The position numbers were made by a program, and so were the translations under genes. This document shows, piece by piece, positions 25,360-38,658 of a stretch of DNA of 64,000 bases. The stretch's first letter is position 1. Each line of letters starts with the position of its first letter. The stretch is from Rhizophagus irregularis (Eukaryota), in assembly GCF_026210795.1 (NCBI RefSeq), contig NC_089436.1, positions 1-64,000 of the forward strand, in the 5' to 3' direction. The notes under the pieces are model-generated. The model had not been told where the DNA came from. It did not search any database and saw only the letters and a program-made list of their open reading frames with translations.

Positions 25360-28284
25360 TTAAACGCGTGTTCTCTTGTTTGAATGTTCAAAGGGTTCTA
25401 TATATGGAGGGTATGGGTAGTAGATAAAATCATCTCGGAGCTCATTAACATCAGCTAATTCTTTAAATTCTTCACAGAACTCTTCATGTGACCTAAAAAT
25501 CCTTCTCTTTCTAGTTTGTTCAATTCTTTCCCCTATATCTTGACTAATTGCTTTATATCTTGACGTCAATTGACTTGCAGTACTCAAATTTGGATTTGAA
25601 TCTCTGGTCATTACAAACTTGGTACGAGAAGAAAATACAGGTCCGAAGAAAGTATCAAACTTTTCTTGATGAATCAGAATACAATCATTAGGAATGCGTT
25701 CTAATTCCTCATTAAACCGCTGAGTAGTAACAAAAATAGTAATGACACGGTATTTACTCAAAAGGTTACCAAGTTGCGTATATTTCTCTGCTTCTTTTCG
25801 TAACTCCTCTTTCTTCTCTCTGCTCGCTATTTTGCTATCGTTCTTCAGTTTTCTGGCCTTTTCTTCCATTTTATGAGAAATATTTGCATTTCTCTTATGC
25901 TCATCTTCGATTGTTTTCAGATTAAGAAGATTTTTTCTCAATCTGCATTGAATAGCAATAAGAATGGGATCAGGTTCATCTACTAAAAAAAGATATCTGC
26001 AAATGGTGCCGAATAACCATTGATCATAATGTAACCCGGCTTTAACACAGCAGTTTTTCCCTCTTTCGCAGAAAGGTTCAGGCATGGAAATTGATGGTTT
26101 AATTCATAGATTTCAACAGACCCGAAATTGATCAACTGGCCCAGTGTAACATTGCTACCTGAACCACGAAAGAAATTTCCAAGTTTTAATAATTTTTCTT
26201 TGTTCAGCACATCAATCATATTGATGCGTGAAGTTATAAAATCCGCGATAAATTTTTCCCAATTTTGCCACGACCAAATTTCGTCAAGTAAAAATGCATG
26301 GTTTAGATGTTCCGTGAAAACTCCAAGGACACTGGCATAATGATACATAAAGAAGTATGGTATATCAATTTGAACTTTATCTTTCTCTTCCAATCTCCTT
26401 AATATCAAGTGCCTATCACGTTCTAGATGTTCCAATTTTATACGGTGGTCACCATCTTGCAGTACATCAGATATATCTGATTCGATTTCCATAATATTTC
26501 TGTAAACAAGCTCGTATATGAGCATTTTATGTTCTCTAGCATAAGGTTTGATTTTATATGCTGTATCAATATCTTTTGAGACGCTGGTGTAGATTGTCGA
26601 TGGGATTAGTTTCTTTTTTTCAAGATCTTCGAAAAATTCCTTAACCCTTGTAAAATCTTGCCCGAAAAATTCTGCAAAAAGATACTCCAAAGCACGTGGA
26701 AGACCACCTGTATCAAGAAGTAATTGATGTATCCAAACTTTTGGTACCCATACACAATCAGAAACACCATGATTTGTTGCAAATTCCCTCATTATTTCAA
26801 GGCGTGACTCCAAGGAAAGCAGTGGAAGGTCAAGAGGTTCAATAGAATACATTGTAGGTTCCATTGCTCGTATTGCATCCTGTGGTGCTGTACCTGAAAG
26901 TAGAGTCTGCACAAATACTTCAGGAATTTCTCCGGCCATATGATGCCCAAGGGTATACATTAACTGCTTAAATAATTTTTCCCCCCCATTTCGCTCTTTG
27001 AAAATTAGCTGAAATTCATCAATTTGAAGAAAAATGAAAAGATGCTTGCCACGTTGAATCAGACTTTCATGTTCAAGGTTGTGGATGTATAAGAGGACAT
27101 TACTCAATCTGAAACATTGCTTATATTCATTGGATTTCGTACGGAACACTGTAAAACTCATCACATATTTTTTGTGGACCAAATAGTGGTACGCCAACCG
27201 CAATCCAAGAATGATTTCTGATGCAATTTTAATATCCCCCTGGATTTCATACTCATCTAAAGCATAACCATTAGTGAAATCAAAAAGCATGTAAAGCATG
27301 TAAGGCTTTTGGCCTTTTGATATCTTCCATTCTTTGTCGAGACAATTAAACAATTCAACTCCATAACGTGTCTTTCCTAGTGAATTATAGTTTGAATTTG
27401 TTAATTAGAAGGCTAAAACCGCTTTATCTGCAGTAAAAACATACAAGAGAATGTATGAAAGTTACCTATGCCAGGTGCCCCACCGCATAAAAGGATTCGA
27501 TAGTTTGTCTTTGCCGTGGGAGTTTCTTTTTTTATAGCTTTTTGTTTATCTAAGGAATTACAAAAATTCCTGTCAATCACATCAATAGCTTGCTTAAGGT
27601 CACGTTGTTTTAGAGCCATGGGCTTGGGCTTATTATTGTCTACATTGTCTACGTCCATTTGTTTATGAATTCCCTCCAAAATCTTTTTCATGGCATCTTC
27701 GATCGACGTCACTATGTTTTGTAAACAATAAGAAAGCACAGTGTATTAACAAATAGATACGGTACAAGTAACCTATATGTATCAATAATGGCGGGCCAGA
27801 ATACAAAGACTAAGACAACACAGGAAATTTAACTAGAGATACCGTACCTTGTGGAACGCCTTGATGAGAGGGACCTACTTTAACGCGAAAAAAAGAGATC
27901 AGAACAAACTCGATATTTTGTTACTGCGAATTTCTTGTTCGAGAGGTAAACCATTGGGAGACACTTACCAGTGGTGGCGGGCAGAAGCGGTTGGACGATG
28001 ATACGGATGTTAGTGCTAAGGGGTACATCTTGAAAATGAGTTCCAACAGATTCGAATGAATGCAACTCTACTCCTTTGTGTTCTTTTATTGTCATTTCTT
28101 GATTTTCCTTGGTTTGTACAATATCGACTCTCCATAATGTCAGTTTGTCTGCGTCAATGCCAATAAAGGCATTTTGTTTCTCGTCCTTTATAGCTTTTTT
28201 TAGATGCCCAACGGTCGTGTGACTACTAATATCAATCGGAAAAGAGTTTTTAATAGCGTCACCTTGAACGAGACAAAATACCAT
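25360..28284 (-). CDS. Crinkler (CRN)-type effector: ubiquitin-like N-terminal domain + P-loop NTPase + PD-(D/E)xK-like nuclease + helix-hairpin-helix
   Basis: VFCLVQGD..FPIDI...TVGHLKKAIK...DADKLTLWRV...IRIIVQP (CRN N-terminus). Predicted exons 28284-27969, a 27-nt exon at about 27874-27848, about 27710-27466 and 27376-25360. Walker A GGAPGIG|KT is split by an intron; Walker B FLQIDEFQ; DTGGLPRALE; NGYSAPFADIF...IAIQCR; C-terminal NPNLSTASQL...R..FRSHEEF. One frameshift in a 7-T run at about 25985-25991. Confidence 0.88.
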
Positions 28285-29220
28285 GATGTCGGTATATCTG
28301 CAAACGCGAAAATCGAGAGTTAGAAACAAAGTTCAAAAAAGTAATAACACAAATAAAACATTTTGGATACAACGTTAAACCTAGCGGGTAGGGTTTTTTC
28401 CTCAAATTTAGTTTGTACCCGGAACGGCGAAAGTACTCGAGATAGCGAAGAATAGCTTGACATTTTGATTATATGTCATATATATATATATATTTTCATA
28501 AACGGTTGTTGACTAATTACTACGAACTGTGAGTCAGTAATATTACGAACAGAGTCAGCAATGTGTCAAGGACCAAATACAAAATCGAAAAAAATTAAAA
28601 AAATTTATCAATCAAAAATCAGCCACATGTCATGATGTCACATGAGAGTGCCAATCAAAATAATTCCCAGTTGGGAAGACATTACGCAAACAAAGATACT
28701 GTATGTTATGACTGTACATTTACAAGGAAGTGACTCAGAGCTTACAAAGCTAATATCTATTTTTTTTGTTAGGGGAACATAAACTTTTGGTGAGTTCTAC
28801 TAAGGTCAATACTGTTAATTTATTTCTGGCTCTGCATAACTGATGACCATTTTTGTTCTATCTAGAATATCGATGTTAAGGACAAATGAAATCGGATTAA
28901 TGTTGGGATATTATATTAGTATAGATAGTTTGGATGATGGTGTGGGTCTGTAGGCATTAGTATAGAAATGCCTACCATTTCACATTGTAAAAAAAGTCTA
29001 TGTATTATCAAATCATGTAATTTATTTACTGTATCAATAAAGAATTCAAGCTGAAAATGTTATACATTGTATTAAGTATATTTTTCATGGGATATAGAGA
29101 TGTATTAGTAAATAAAAAAAGGTGAGACCTAAAGTCCCACTTAGGTAAAAATGCATTTTAAATAATTGTGTTCTATATGAAAGTTATTATCAAATATGCA
29201 ATCTGAATTTGATTTATTAA

Positions 29221-32200
29221 GGGTAGAGAAATCGCTATAATTAATTTTTATTATAGTAAAATGTCCAAAAAAAAAAAATTCTGTAATACGATTTCATTGC
29301 AATACCAACTTTTGGTAATACTTAACAAAAAAGGATAAAATTTACATGGTTAGAAAGCCACGGGTCTGAACTACTATTTTTTAACTTAAAAAGATATATT
29401 CGTTTAAAAACTTTTTTGAAAAACTTTCATATGAAGTTTTAAAATGATCATGAATGTCTATATGTTTTTGGCGAATGTGAAATAAAGAAAATTATTGGGT
29501 TCCACATTTTTGGTTCATTTTTGAGTTGACGCGTCATATAAGTCTTTTCTAATTTTAGAAACAAATTTTATTACATTATTTTATACATTATTTTATAAAA
29601 TATACATATATTTATCTTCGAGAATGGCAAAGCCACATTTTCCAATTCTTTTCCATTACTATTGCAGTTACACCTTCAATAACACCAACTATGTGAATAT
29701 TTGTTTGCAACGTATTTCCATTTGGATTTGGCCGGTACAAGTTTATCATTATTTTTACCATTCCACGTATTATAAGCCAGTCTAGCAAGTGCTGAGCGTC
29801 TGCTTTTGTACGGACAATTTTTTTTCGTGTTTCATGATAAATATTCAATGAGGTAAGCTCTTCATTATCACACTTGAGTTGACAATAAACCTGTATGATA
29901 TCTTTTGGTGAAATTAATTTTCCACTTTCACGCAGCTTATTTATTATTTCTTCAACCACCCCTACCATTTTGATAGCATCAGTTTTTACATCAACTTCAT
30001 GTACTAGCTCAGCTTGTACGCGTAAGCAGTTGTCACAATGTGCACATGGAGGACTTAAATTATCACCATTCCATGCAAAATATTCGGCAAGCATTTGCTC
30101 TCTACAGATATATTGTTCTTCACAAAAATGAACAACTTCAAATATTTTTTCACATGCTTTGGCCAGGTATTCTTTTCTTTTATTTGCCTCAAAACTATCA
30201 TTCATATCTTCAGTTATACTACAAAATATATTTTTAATTAAATCATAATATTAATTATATTTCTTTACACAATTAATACTTACGATTCTCTACTTTGTGT
30301 TATAATTGTATAATTAGTGCAAATATCATGGCGGGTATAAAAAATTATACACTTCGCGGGATTATGGTCTCTTCCCGCTCTTCCAGTTTCTTGTACAAGA
30401 TTGCCTATTTTAAAGGGTAAGATTAGTTTTATTAATAATGCTATTATATTTATTTCTTTGATATAATAGTAGTGTCTTACCTATACTCAATGGAAATGAA
30501 TAATGTATTACCAAACGAACTTTTTTATCATTAAGACCCATACCAAAAGCATTAGTTGCAATTATAAGTTGGATTGTATTCTCTTTCCATGATTTCAATT
30601 TTTTTTTTTCTTCACTGTCTAAGGAACTATAATACACAGCCATTGGTAATCCAAGGCCAGATTTTTCCTGAAGTTGCTCATAAACATCATCACATATTCG
30701 TACTGTTGGACAGTAAATAATGCATTTCCCTTCATTTAATTCTTTTAATAGGGTAATAATTTCTCCAATGGTTTTTTCCTTAGTACTTTTAGGGTGCATT
30801 TTCATTGTAAGTTCTGGACGTGAAAAAGATAACCCTCGAACAAAAGCCACATCATTTGAAGCAAGTCCGAGATTCTCCAAAATTAGATAAGCATCAGATT
30901 CCTTGCAAGTTCCCGTAAGCATCATAATTGGACTACTTGGAAAGAATGTTGAAATTTTTCTTAATTTACTCCAGGATTCTCTATATAAGTTAAGTTTAAT
31001 ATATCAAATGAAATTTTTAAATTAATATTTGAATTATATCTTACCTAAAATGCTTGCATTCTATAATGCAATGCACTTCATCTATTACAAATGATACAGG
31101 TGCATATTTTGCGAAATTTAAAAGCATTCTGGTAAATGAACTATTGTTGATAAAGCTTTCTGCAGTTATATATAAGATTTTAATCAACCCAATAGCGATC
31201 TCAGAAAAGACTTTTTCAAAATATTGTGGAGGTTGATGCTTTCCGGTATAGATGCTAGCACATCCAATTCCAGCAGCAATTGTTTCGATCTATAGAAATA
31301 TTAAATTATAATCTTTCTTTCATTAATTGTAGTAAATAATCAGTTTAACTTACCACTTGATCATCAATTAAAGATACTAATGGACTTATTACAACAGTCA
31401 AACCTTCGCGTAAAATTGCAGAAATCCAATAACACATTGTTTTTCCTGCACCTGTACGCATTGAGATAAAGGTATGTTTTCCATTTACATATGATGATAT
31501 TGCTATTTCCTGCATATCTTGAAACTCTTGATATCCAAACATTTTTACAAGTATATCATATGATGTAGGTGGATTAGCTATTAAATTTTGTGGTGGTGGT
31601 ATATATTGTTTATCTGGAAATTCCTGATACCATCCATATTTGAAACAAAATTCATGGTATCGACATAAGCCTAATGGAGAATACTTTGGAAATGCTTTAC
31701 AAGCCAAACATTTCTGAATTTTTTCAAAATCAAGTATATGTTTGGCAAATGTAGGTTCAAATTCTTTAGCTTTGATTTTTTCTTGAACATTACGTCCATA
31801 AGGTACGAAATCCTAAAGAAAATATTTTTTATATTATTTATTTATTTTATTTATTCAATTTTGAATTAGCATATGATGCTCACTGTACCTTATCCCAATC
31901 AAATGTTTCCAAGTTAGTTTTTTGTTCTTGGATTTTTTTGCCTCGTTCTTCATTTCATTTAGCAATATCATTAGAATTTCTTTGGTTTTGTTTTTTTCGT
32001 TCTTCGGCTATTTTACTAATATTTTTCTCATCAGTTTCAGAAAAATATGGAATATTACATGCTGATCGGGCAATTTTCAGCATATTTAACAAACCATTGT
32101 TATATTGAAGAACAGCTAGAGCATGTCGAGTACTATAGGTTTTTCAATAATCAATTTTTTTATCTTGAAAGCATAATTTAACTCGATTGAATGCTTCATT

Positions 32201-34953
32201 ATATGATGTTTTAATGTGAGTAATTAAGCTCTGTTTTGTTGGTATATAAAAGCATTCTTTGAGAAATTGACGAAACTTCTCTCTTTGATTAGATGTATAT
32301 TCTTTTAAATGTGGTGCTTTTAATTGAATATCAGGATTTTCTTTTCTCCAACATACTTCATCCCAACAAAGACTATGATCATCTGAAAGGTGAGCAACAA
32401 GACCATCAATTTGTACTTTTTCTAATTCAGCATCGGATACAGTAATTTTATTTTCATCAAGTTTTCGTCCACTTGCTGCATAGACACATGAATTGTAATA
32501 GGTCATTATCGTATTTTCATATTCTTTCCACATGGAACTTTTTGCTGCAACATAGAATAATTAATAATTGAGAATCAGAATAAATAAAACATTTAGCAGT
32601 TTATTAATTATTTATAATTAAAATGAAAATAATTACAACTTTTTACATTCTATTCTATTACATAACTAATGTAAAATATGAGTAAAAAATATTTGCAAAA
32701 AAAAATAATTTTCTATCAAAAAAAAATTATAATAAAATAAAGCTTAAATGATCAGCTAGCTGCATACTAATGACAAAAAGATAATCTAAAATCGTTAGTA
32801 CTTAAGATTGTTTGTTACGTTAAACTGTTACGTTAATATTATGTTATTGGTAAAAATACTTAAATTACCTTCAATAACTTACCAATCTTTGCTCTAATAT
32901 TTTTGCCAATATGTTTTAAATCCGCATATACTTTGCTCACACATGGAATATTATTTAAAGTCTTATTTGAATTTAGATCACCATCTACTCCAATATCTAA
33001 AAGTACTTCAGCTGCTTCTAATACTGGAACAATTTTTTCAATAATTCGTAATAATATTGCATGTTCCATTTGCCGTGACGTCTTTTCATGATTGCCATGA
33101 AAAACCTCATATTCTTGGCCATTTCTTTTTTTTAATTTACGTGGTTTTTCAGCAGTAGCAAAAGCAATAACAGGTTTGTGATCATATCCTATTATAAAAA
33201 AATTGAATTTGTTTTTATTTTATTAAATATTGACAAAGTCTTTTTTCTTTTACCATCAAGATTTCCTTGATATATTAGTTCTCCACTAGCCTGGTTTGCA
33301 TTCCGACAGTGAGACCAAGAGCAATCAAAACTAGTGGGTAATATTCTTTCCCCTTTTGCTTTAATATGTGCAATAGCTTTAGTTAATGCAATTTGTGCAC
33401 TTATCTCCGCTTCATCATTTATTTTTTCCAAATATTCATTTTGTTTATTATGATAATGACCTTTTGATGATTGTGCTGTTATACCTATTATAGAAAATAT
33501 AGTTTGAAGTTGTTGCCTATTAACGCCACCAACAAGTCCTGCACCTGCTGCAAGAGAAGAGAATTGTGCATTAGGTGATTCATTACTATATTCCGTAATT
33601 CCTTGACAAATCTTACACTTAATTTTAATTTGAAGATTATGACCGATTCTATGAACATCCAGTTTTTTTTTAGACAAATCAAGGTTGTGGTACGTTAAAC
33701 AAGGTTGTGTATATATGCTGGTAAGATACTGATCTGTACTAACGAATATAGTAGATCCAATATTCGTTTCCTCCAATGTTTTTTGTATCCAATTATTTAA
33801 TAATTCTTGATCTTTTTCTTCATGTAGCTTATATTTCAAGTTTTTCATATATTCATTATTGGTCTTAGTTTCGCTTGATCCGTTTACGTGATGTGTCTTC
33901 TAATTTTTTCAAAGCTTCATATTCAACTGCAAGTGCTAAAGTTGCTTCTGGAGTTAATTGCATTCCTGGTTCTTTGATTTCAATTCCATGACAAATTATT
34001 GGCGGTTGGGAGATTACTGATACTTTTTTTAGTAGTTTTTCTCCTTTCTTTTGCATAGTAGTAGTTAATTTAGCAATTTTATTTTGAGATTTAGTTGCAG
34101 TAATGTTAAAAAGATGTGGATAAATTGAGTTTACTTTTAATTGTAAATCATAAATTATATTAGGATCACGCAAACCAAGAACGTCAGGAATAGAGATTTC
34201 TCCCTGATAGTTTTATGTATTTTTTCATGCTTACAAAAAAATCAGAATTTGCTCCCGAATATATAAGTTCAGACATTTCCACATTTTCATAAATTTCCCA
34301 ACTATATATAAGGTGTTCTCCATTATTACTTTGAATTTCTAAACGTATATATTGACCACAAAGTTTTCCAATTACACAATAACCAGGGAGTAGAGGAACC
34401 CATGGAGGAGTTGGTATATTTTCTTTTTTAGTAATGGCACGGTAATATGGATTAGAGCAATACTCTTTACTTGTTTGTAGTTCAGCATGGATAGAAAGAA
34501 CTTCTAGTGTTCTGGATGTATCACGAAACATATATCCACCGTTTGCTCTTCTGAATATTTTCAGTGCAGGATTATAAGTTTGCATATGCTGTACCCAGTT
34601 AGGAAGTCTAAAATGTTTTAATAATTGAAAAACTATAGAAAAACATTAAAGAATTTCTCAATTTCTTAATAATAAATATTACTTTTCTTGCTTTTTACCC
34701 TTAGTTGACGTTGTCATTGTGACTAAAAAACTTTATTTCGCAAGAAAAAAGTTACAAGACACGGTTAATTAATATAGCCGGTATTTCTAATTTTGTATAG
34801 CCAGCTATTTTTAGTACAAGACGCGGTAACTTATTTAGCCAATATTTTTATCTGCACGTCGTGTTTAAGGAGATAAACAAATCCGGGTTTTTGGAACCAA
34901 AAACAAATGGACATTTATTATAATAAAAATTAATTATAACGAATACTCTACCC
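29221..34953 (-). mobile_element. Complete Kolobok-superfamily DNA transposon carrying a helicase (KolobokH type)
   Basis: ~46-bp TIRs GGGTAGAG(AAA/TAT)TCG(C/T)TATAATTAATTTTTATTATA..AAATGTCC at 29221-29266 and 34909-34953. TTAA target duplication at 29217-29220 and 34954-34957; purine-purine termini. Confidence 0.92.
29612..34717 (-). pseudogene. Kolobok DDE transposase followed by RecQ-family helicase (multi-exon, several frameshifts/stops)
   Basis: Transposase: SFDCSWSHCRNA, TSRQMEH, IGVDGDLNS, ADLKH, HLSDDHSLC, TSYNEAFN. RecQ: MRTGAGKTMCY, VISPLVSLIDDQ, VIDEVHCI, MLTGT, IIYCPT, ATNAFGMG, QETGRAGRD, CREQML...CAHCDNC zinc module. Confidence 0.9.
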
Positions 34954-35004
34954 TTAAAACAACGCGTCAATCGTTCCTTCTAAATGGGTTGAATGACCGT
35001 AGTA

Positions 35005-35190
35005 GCTTAGCGCTGAAAATGCCAAGGTTAAAGTTAAAAATGCTAAACTAAAGCAGGCTATGAAGGAGAATGAAGCCAGACTTGCAAAATTAGAGCAGAG
35101 TGATAAAGAAAAGGCTAAACTCATTGCAGAACTCAATTGTAATGTCAGAAAAATCAAGCAGGAGCAAGTTATTGTTAACGTTGCGATACA
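35005..35190 (+). pseudogene. Coiled-coil gene fragment
   Basis: LSAENAKVKVKNAKLKQAMKENEARLAKLEQSDKEKAKLIAEL heptad pattern, interrupted by AT-rich repeat DNA. Confidence 0.4.
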
Positions 35191-35196
35191 GCCTAG

Positions 35197-35536
35197 CCCT
35201 ATAAAAAATATGCATACGGTTTTTACACTGTATACATGTATCTTTGATACGGTTCGTATTTTTATATACTGTATAACAGTATAATGTATACTGTTCGCAA
35301 AATGTGTTTAGCAAAAAATACAATAAAGTATACGTCATCTGTCGCGATACGTATCTAAATTCATACGTTTGAAACGTATACTATTTCTACTGTATATCAG
35401 TATTTTGTATACTGTTCACAAAAAATATTATAAATGAAGGATACGGTATATTTAATCCATACGTATATAATGTATTATTCTATAGACTGTGTATACTATA
35501 TTAAATTCATACGTTATAACGTATTTTCTATAGTTG
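35197..35536. mobile_element. Degenerate MITE-like element with ATACG/ATACT-rich interior
   Basis: Ends CCCTATAAAAAATATG / CGTATTTTCTATAG are imperfectly inverted. The left end matches the MITE end at 51365. Confidence 0.4.
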
Positions 35537-35940
35537 TACTGGATATTGTATTTGTTTTTATTGTTTTTATTAACTTTACAACTTTATACTAGATACAGCG
35601 TTGTCAACCTTACATACGGTAGACCCCACACCCAACTTAAAAGAATACACTCCAGTAGGTTAGATGTCAGTTATAAGTCACACTACGAAAATACCATACA
35701 GGAAAAATGAAGGTTATGGAAAATCCTGCTAATATTGCTTACGATCACTCAGTGACATTCACCAATGCAAAACGGGTATACAGTCAACTCTCTTTATAGT
35801 CACACATTTGGGACAGTCCATATTTGGTGATTATAAAGAGATGTGACTATATAAAAAATTTCTTATGTTAGTATATCATAATTCCGGCCAAAAATTAACA
35901 TAATTTTGGCCAAAATTATACTTAAAACTTTATTGTATCG

Positions 35941-36446
35941 TAACTCCTCCAATATTAATCGTAGAGAGATGATCTTACCGCCATTCGATTCGTCTTGATG
36001 AGACGGTTCTAATGGTATAAAATACGTCGAAATCCAATCACTAGATTAATTTCCGAAATTAAAAAAATATTAATGGTTTTTGTGTAATAACTCTGTCAAT
36101 ATTGATCCTAGAAAGACGATCTTACTACCATTCGATTCGTCTTGATGAGACGAATCTAATGGTATATGATACATCGAAATCCAATCACTAGATCAATTTC
36201 CGAAATTAAAAAAATATTAAATGGTTTTTAAGTAATAACTCCGTCATTATTGATCACAGAGAGATGAGCTTACCACCATTCGATTCGTCTTGATGAGGCG
36301 ATTCCAACGAGCTATTAATCGTCTTTTTACAATCACTAGGTACCGAGAAATCTAGCAAAATGTTAAATGGCGCAGTAAACGTAAATCAAGAAATATTATA
36401 ATGCCGATGTTTAACATTTTGTTGAATAACTCGTCAGCCAGTGATC
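35941..36446. repeat. ~147-bp internal repeats with GATTCGTCT-TGATG-AGACGAATC hairpin; the 4th unit continues at 45743-45790
   Basis: Three full units plus a fourth (TAACTC..TGATC-target-ACCACCATTCGATTCGTCTCAGTGAGACGATTC) split by the insertions. Confidence 0.9.
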
Positions 36447-36588
36447 GGAAAAGGATAAAACTTAAAAACTCTCTCCCGTTCTGCTCACTTGACAATATTT
36501 ACGAAAAAATAAAAAATTTTTTCGGAGTTTTTTATTACTTTTTCTTTATAATTTCTTTATTTTAGATAACTACTACGACACTTTACAA

Positions 36589-38609
36589 ATGGGTAAAGAT
36601 AACAAAAAGAAAAATAACCAGTCTAACAAAGATACTACATCTAAACGTCCTGCCTCTAGCTCTCCAACTGGCAACGTTTCTGGTCAAGGTTCCTCTATGT
36701 CTGGCCCTTCGAACCCTCCACCTTCGACCACCTCTACTAATAAACGTACCAGAGTCAGTGCTGATGACTCTGTCATGGATGTTGATAAACCTCTCACGCC
36801 TCCTGGCCCTGTTGAGACAACTTCCGCTGAGATACCCTCTCAACCCAATACCTCCTCCTCTCGAAGCTTCGCAACACGCCCCTGCTAACAACAACGATAA
36901 AGGCAAAAGCCCTGAAATTACTCCCGCAGTCTCTTTCCCTGAACGTGCTGCCTCTCCGGACGCGTCCCAAGCTGCAGTACAATCTCAACCTACACTTTTC
37001 TACGCCTCGGCCGCTCCTAATGACGTCGATGGCTTTTGGAATCACTTCGCTTCGAACCGCGACGCGTGCGACGCGGTTGATCGACAACTTTCCTTGTTCT
37101 CCTCTTATGGTAGTCGTGCCACGTGTAGTGGATCCAACGATTTGAAGAGGATCATCGTCCACTTCCGAAAAAGGATGATCTTGACACAGCCACAGCTTCC
37201 CCTATGGAATCTTTGTTTGGCTTGCATTTCCATGCATATGATCCCCAGGCTATTAAGGCTGATGAACACGCGCGTACCCTGGTGGTTACCGATATCCCCC
37301 TTTTTCTAACTGACGCTCTTTTGCGTGGTACCTTTTCTCGTTACGGCAATATTACTCGTTGCCATACCCGTTTATCTAAACTTTATCGTACTGCATACAT
37401 TACCTTTGAATCTACTGGTGCTTTACAGAACCTCGACTCTACCTGGGCGTCCTTTGTGGAGGACATTGTTTGCGTATCTGCCCCGCTACTTTCTCACCTG
37501 AACAACGCGCTGAAAGACGCGCTTATGTTGCTTTACTTGCCGGTCTCCCGCGTGGCACTGTAGCGGTCGATCTTGCTGATATCGCCGATGAAATTTCCGC
37601 TAAATCTATCAATGTTCCCTTCTCTATGAATTCTTACAATCCCAAACCTTACGCCTATTGCCACTTTGCCTCTGAAACGGCTATGGAAAATGCTAAATCT
37701 ATTTCATGTGCCCTCAAGAAAGTTGGCCTTACCTGGCATTCTCCGGATGAAGTCACTTCTCTTTGTCATCGATGTGGTCGCCCTAATTGTAACCCTGATC
37801 AATGTGGTTCTTCATCTAGACCTAATCGCCCTTCTCGCCCTTGGCAATCTAATGATAAATTACGTGCTTTATATAATAAGCATCTACCTCCTTCTCATCC
37901 TGCTAAACGACATAACCGTTTTGCCCGCCCTGATAACAATAATGATGGACAAAGCCGTACCAATGCTTCTCGCCATCGTTCTAAATCCAGACCTAATAAC
38001 CGACAACAATCTCGTTCTCGTTCTCGACGTCGACCATGGAATCGTGACAATGTTAATAATAATAATAATAATCAACGTCGTCGTATTCCTGATGCAAATG
38101 AACTTGATCACTATGCTGATGGCATGGATGTTACATACCCTGCTCCTCCTACTGTGCTTACTGATTGGAAATCTATTGGTGCTGCTCTTGAAAAAGTAGT
38201 TGAAGAATTAGCCCTTCTTACCACACAATTTGCTTCCATGAACAGCCGCATTACTAATTTGGAATCTGCTATGGCTGCTCGCACTCCTGTTCCTGGACCT
38301 TTTGTCACTAAACCTCCTTCCTACATCCCTTCCTCTATGCAAGGATGGGATGATACAGTGAATCGAACTGATAATAATATCCTCGTAGATGTTAATTCTC
38401 CCCCTTTGCAATCGACAAGTGGTTTTTCCCCGATTCCTCATTTTGCTCCCATTCCGCCTTCCAACGTCGCTCCTTCCTCCCCTATTGATATGGAACAGCG
38501 TCTCTCCTCTCTTTCCGATACTGTTGCCTCTTTGGCTGGCTCGATTAAAGAAGGAATCCAACAAAACAACCTCATCTTAGCTCGGCAACAAGGCCAAGCT
38601 AATCAATAA
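36589..38609 (+). CDS. LINE ORF1 (gag-like; RRM-like domains, Cys/His knuckle, Arg/Ser/Asn-rich region, coiled coil); about 3 frameshifts
   Basis: Overlapping ORFs 36589-36888, 36758-37309, 37204-37563 and 37470-38609. RTLVVTDIPL...FSRYGNI...AYITF; ALLAGLP...YAYCHF; CHRCGRPNCNPDQC. Confidence 0.85.
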
Positions 38610-38658
38610 TTGTTCTCTTTTTCCCCCTTCTTTATTACCGATTTATCAGTGTGTAATA

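Noticed and set aside
35681..35695. CACTACGAAAA as a CACTA terminal repeat
   Set aside because: No inverted partner or TSD found in the window.
35985..36310. Hammerhead ribozyme in the TTGATGAGACGAA repeats
   Set aside because: The core reads UUGAUGA, not CUGAUGA, lacks a properly placed GAAA, and the fourth unit has CAGTGAG; it is better explained as a simple palindrome.
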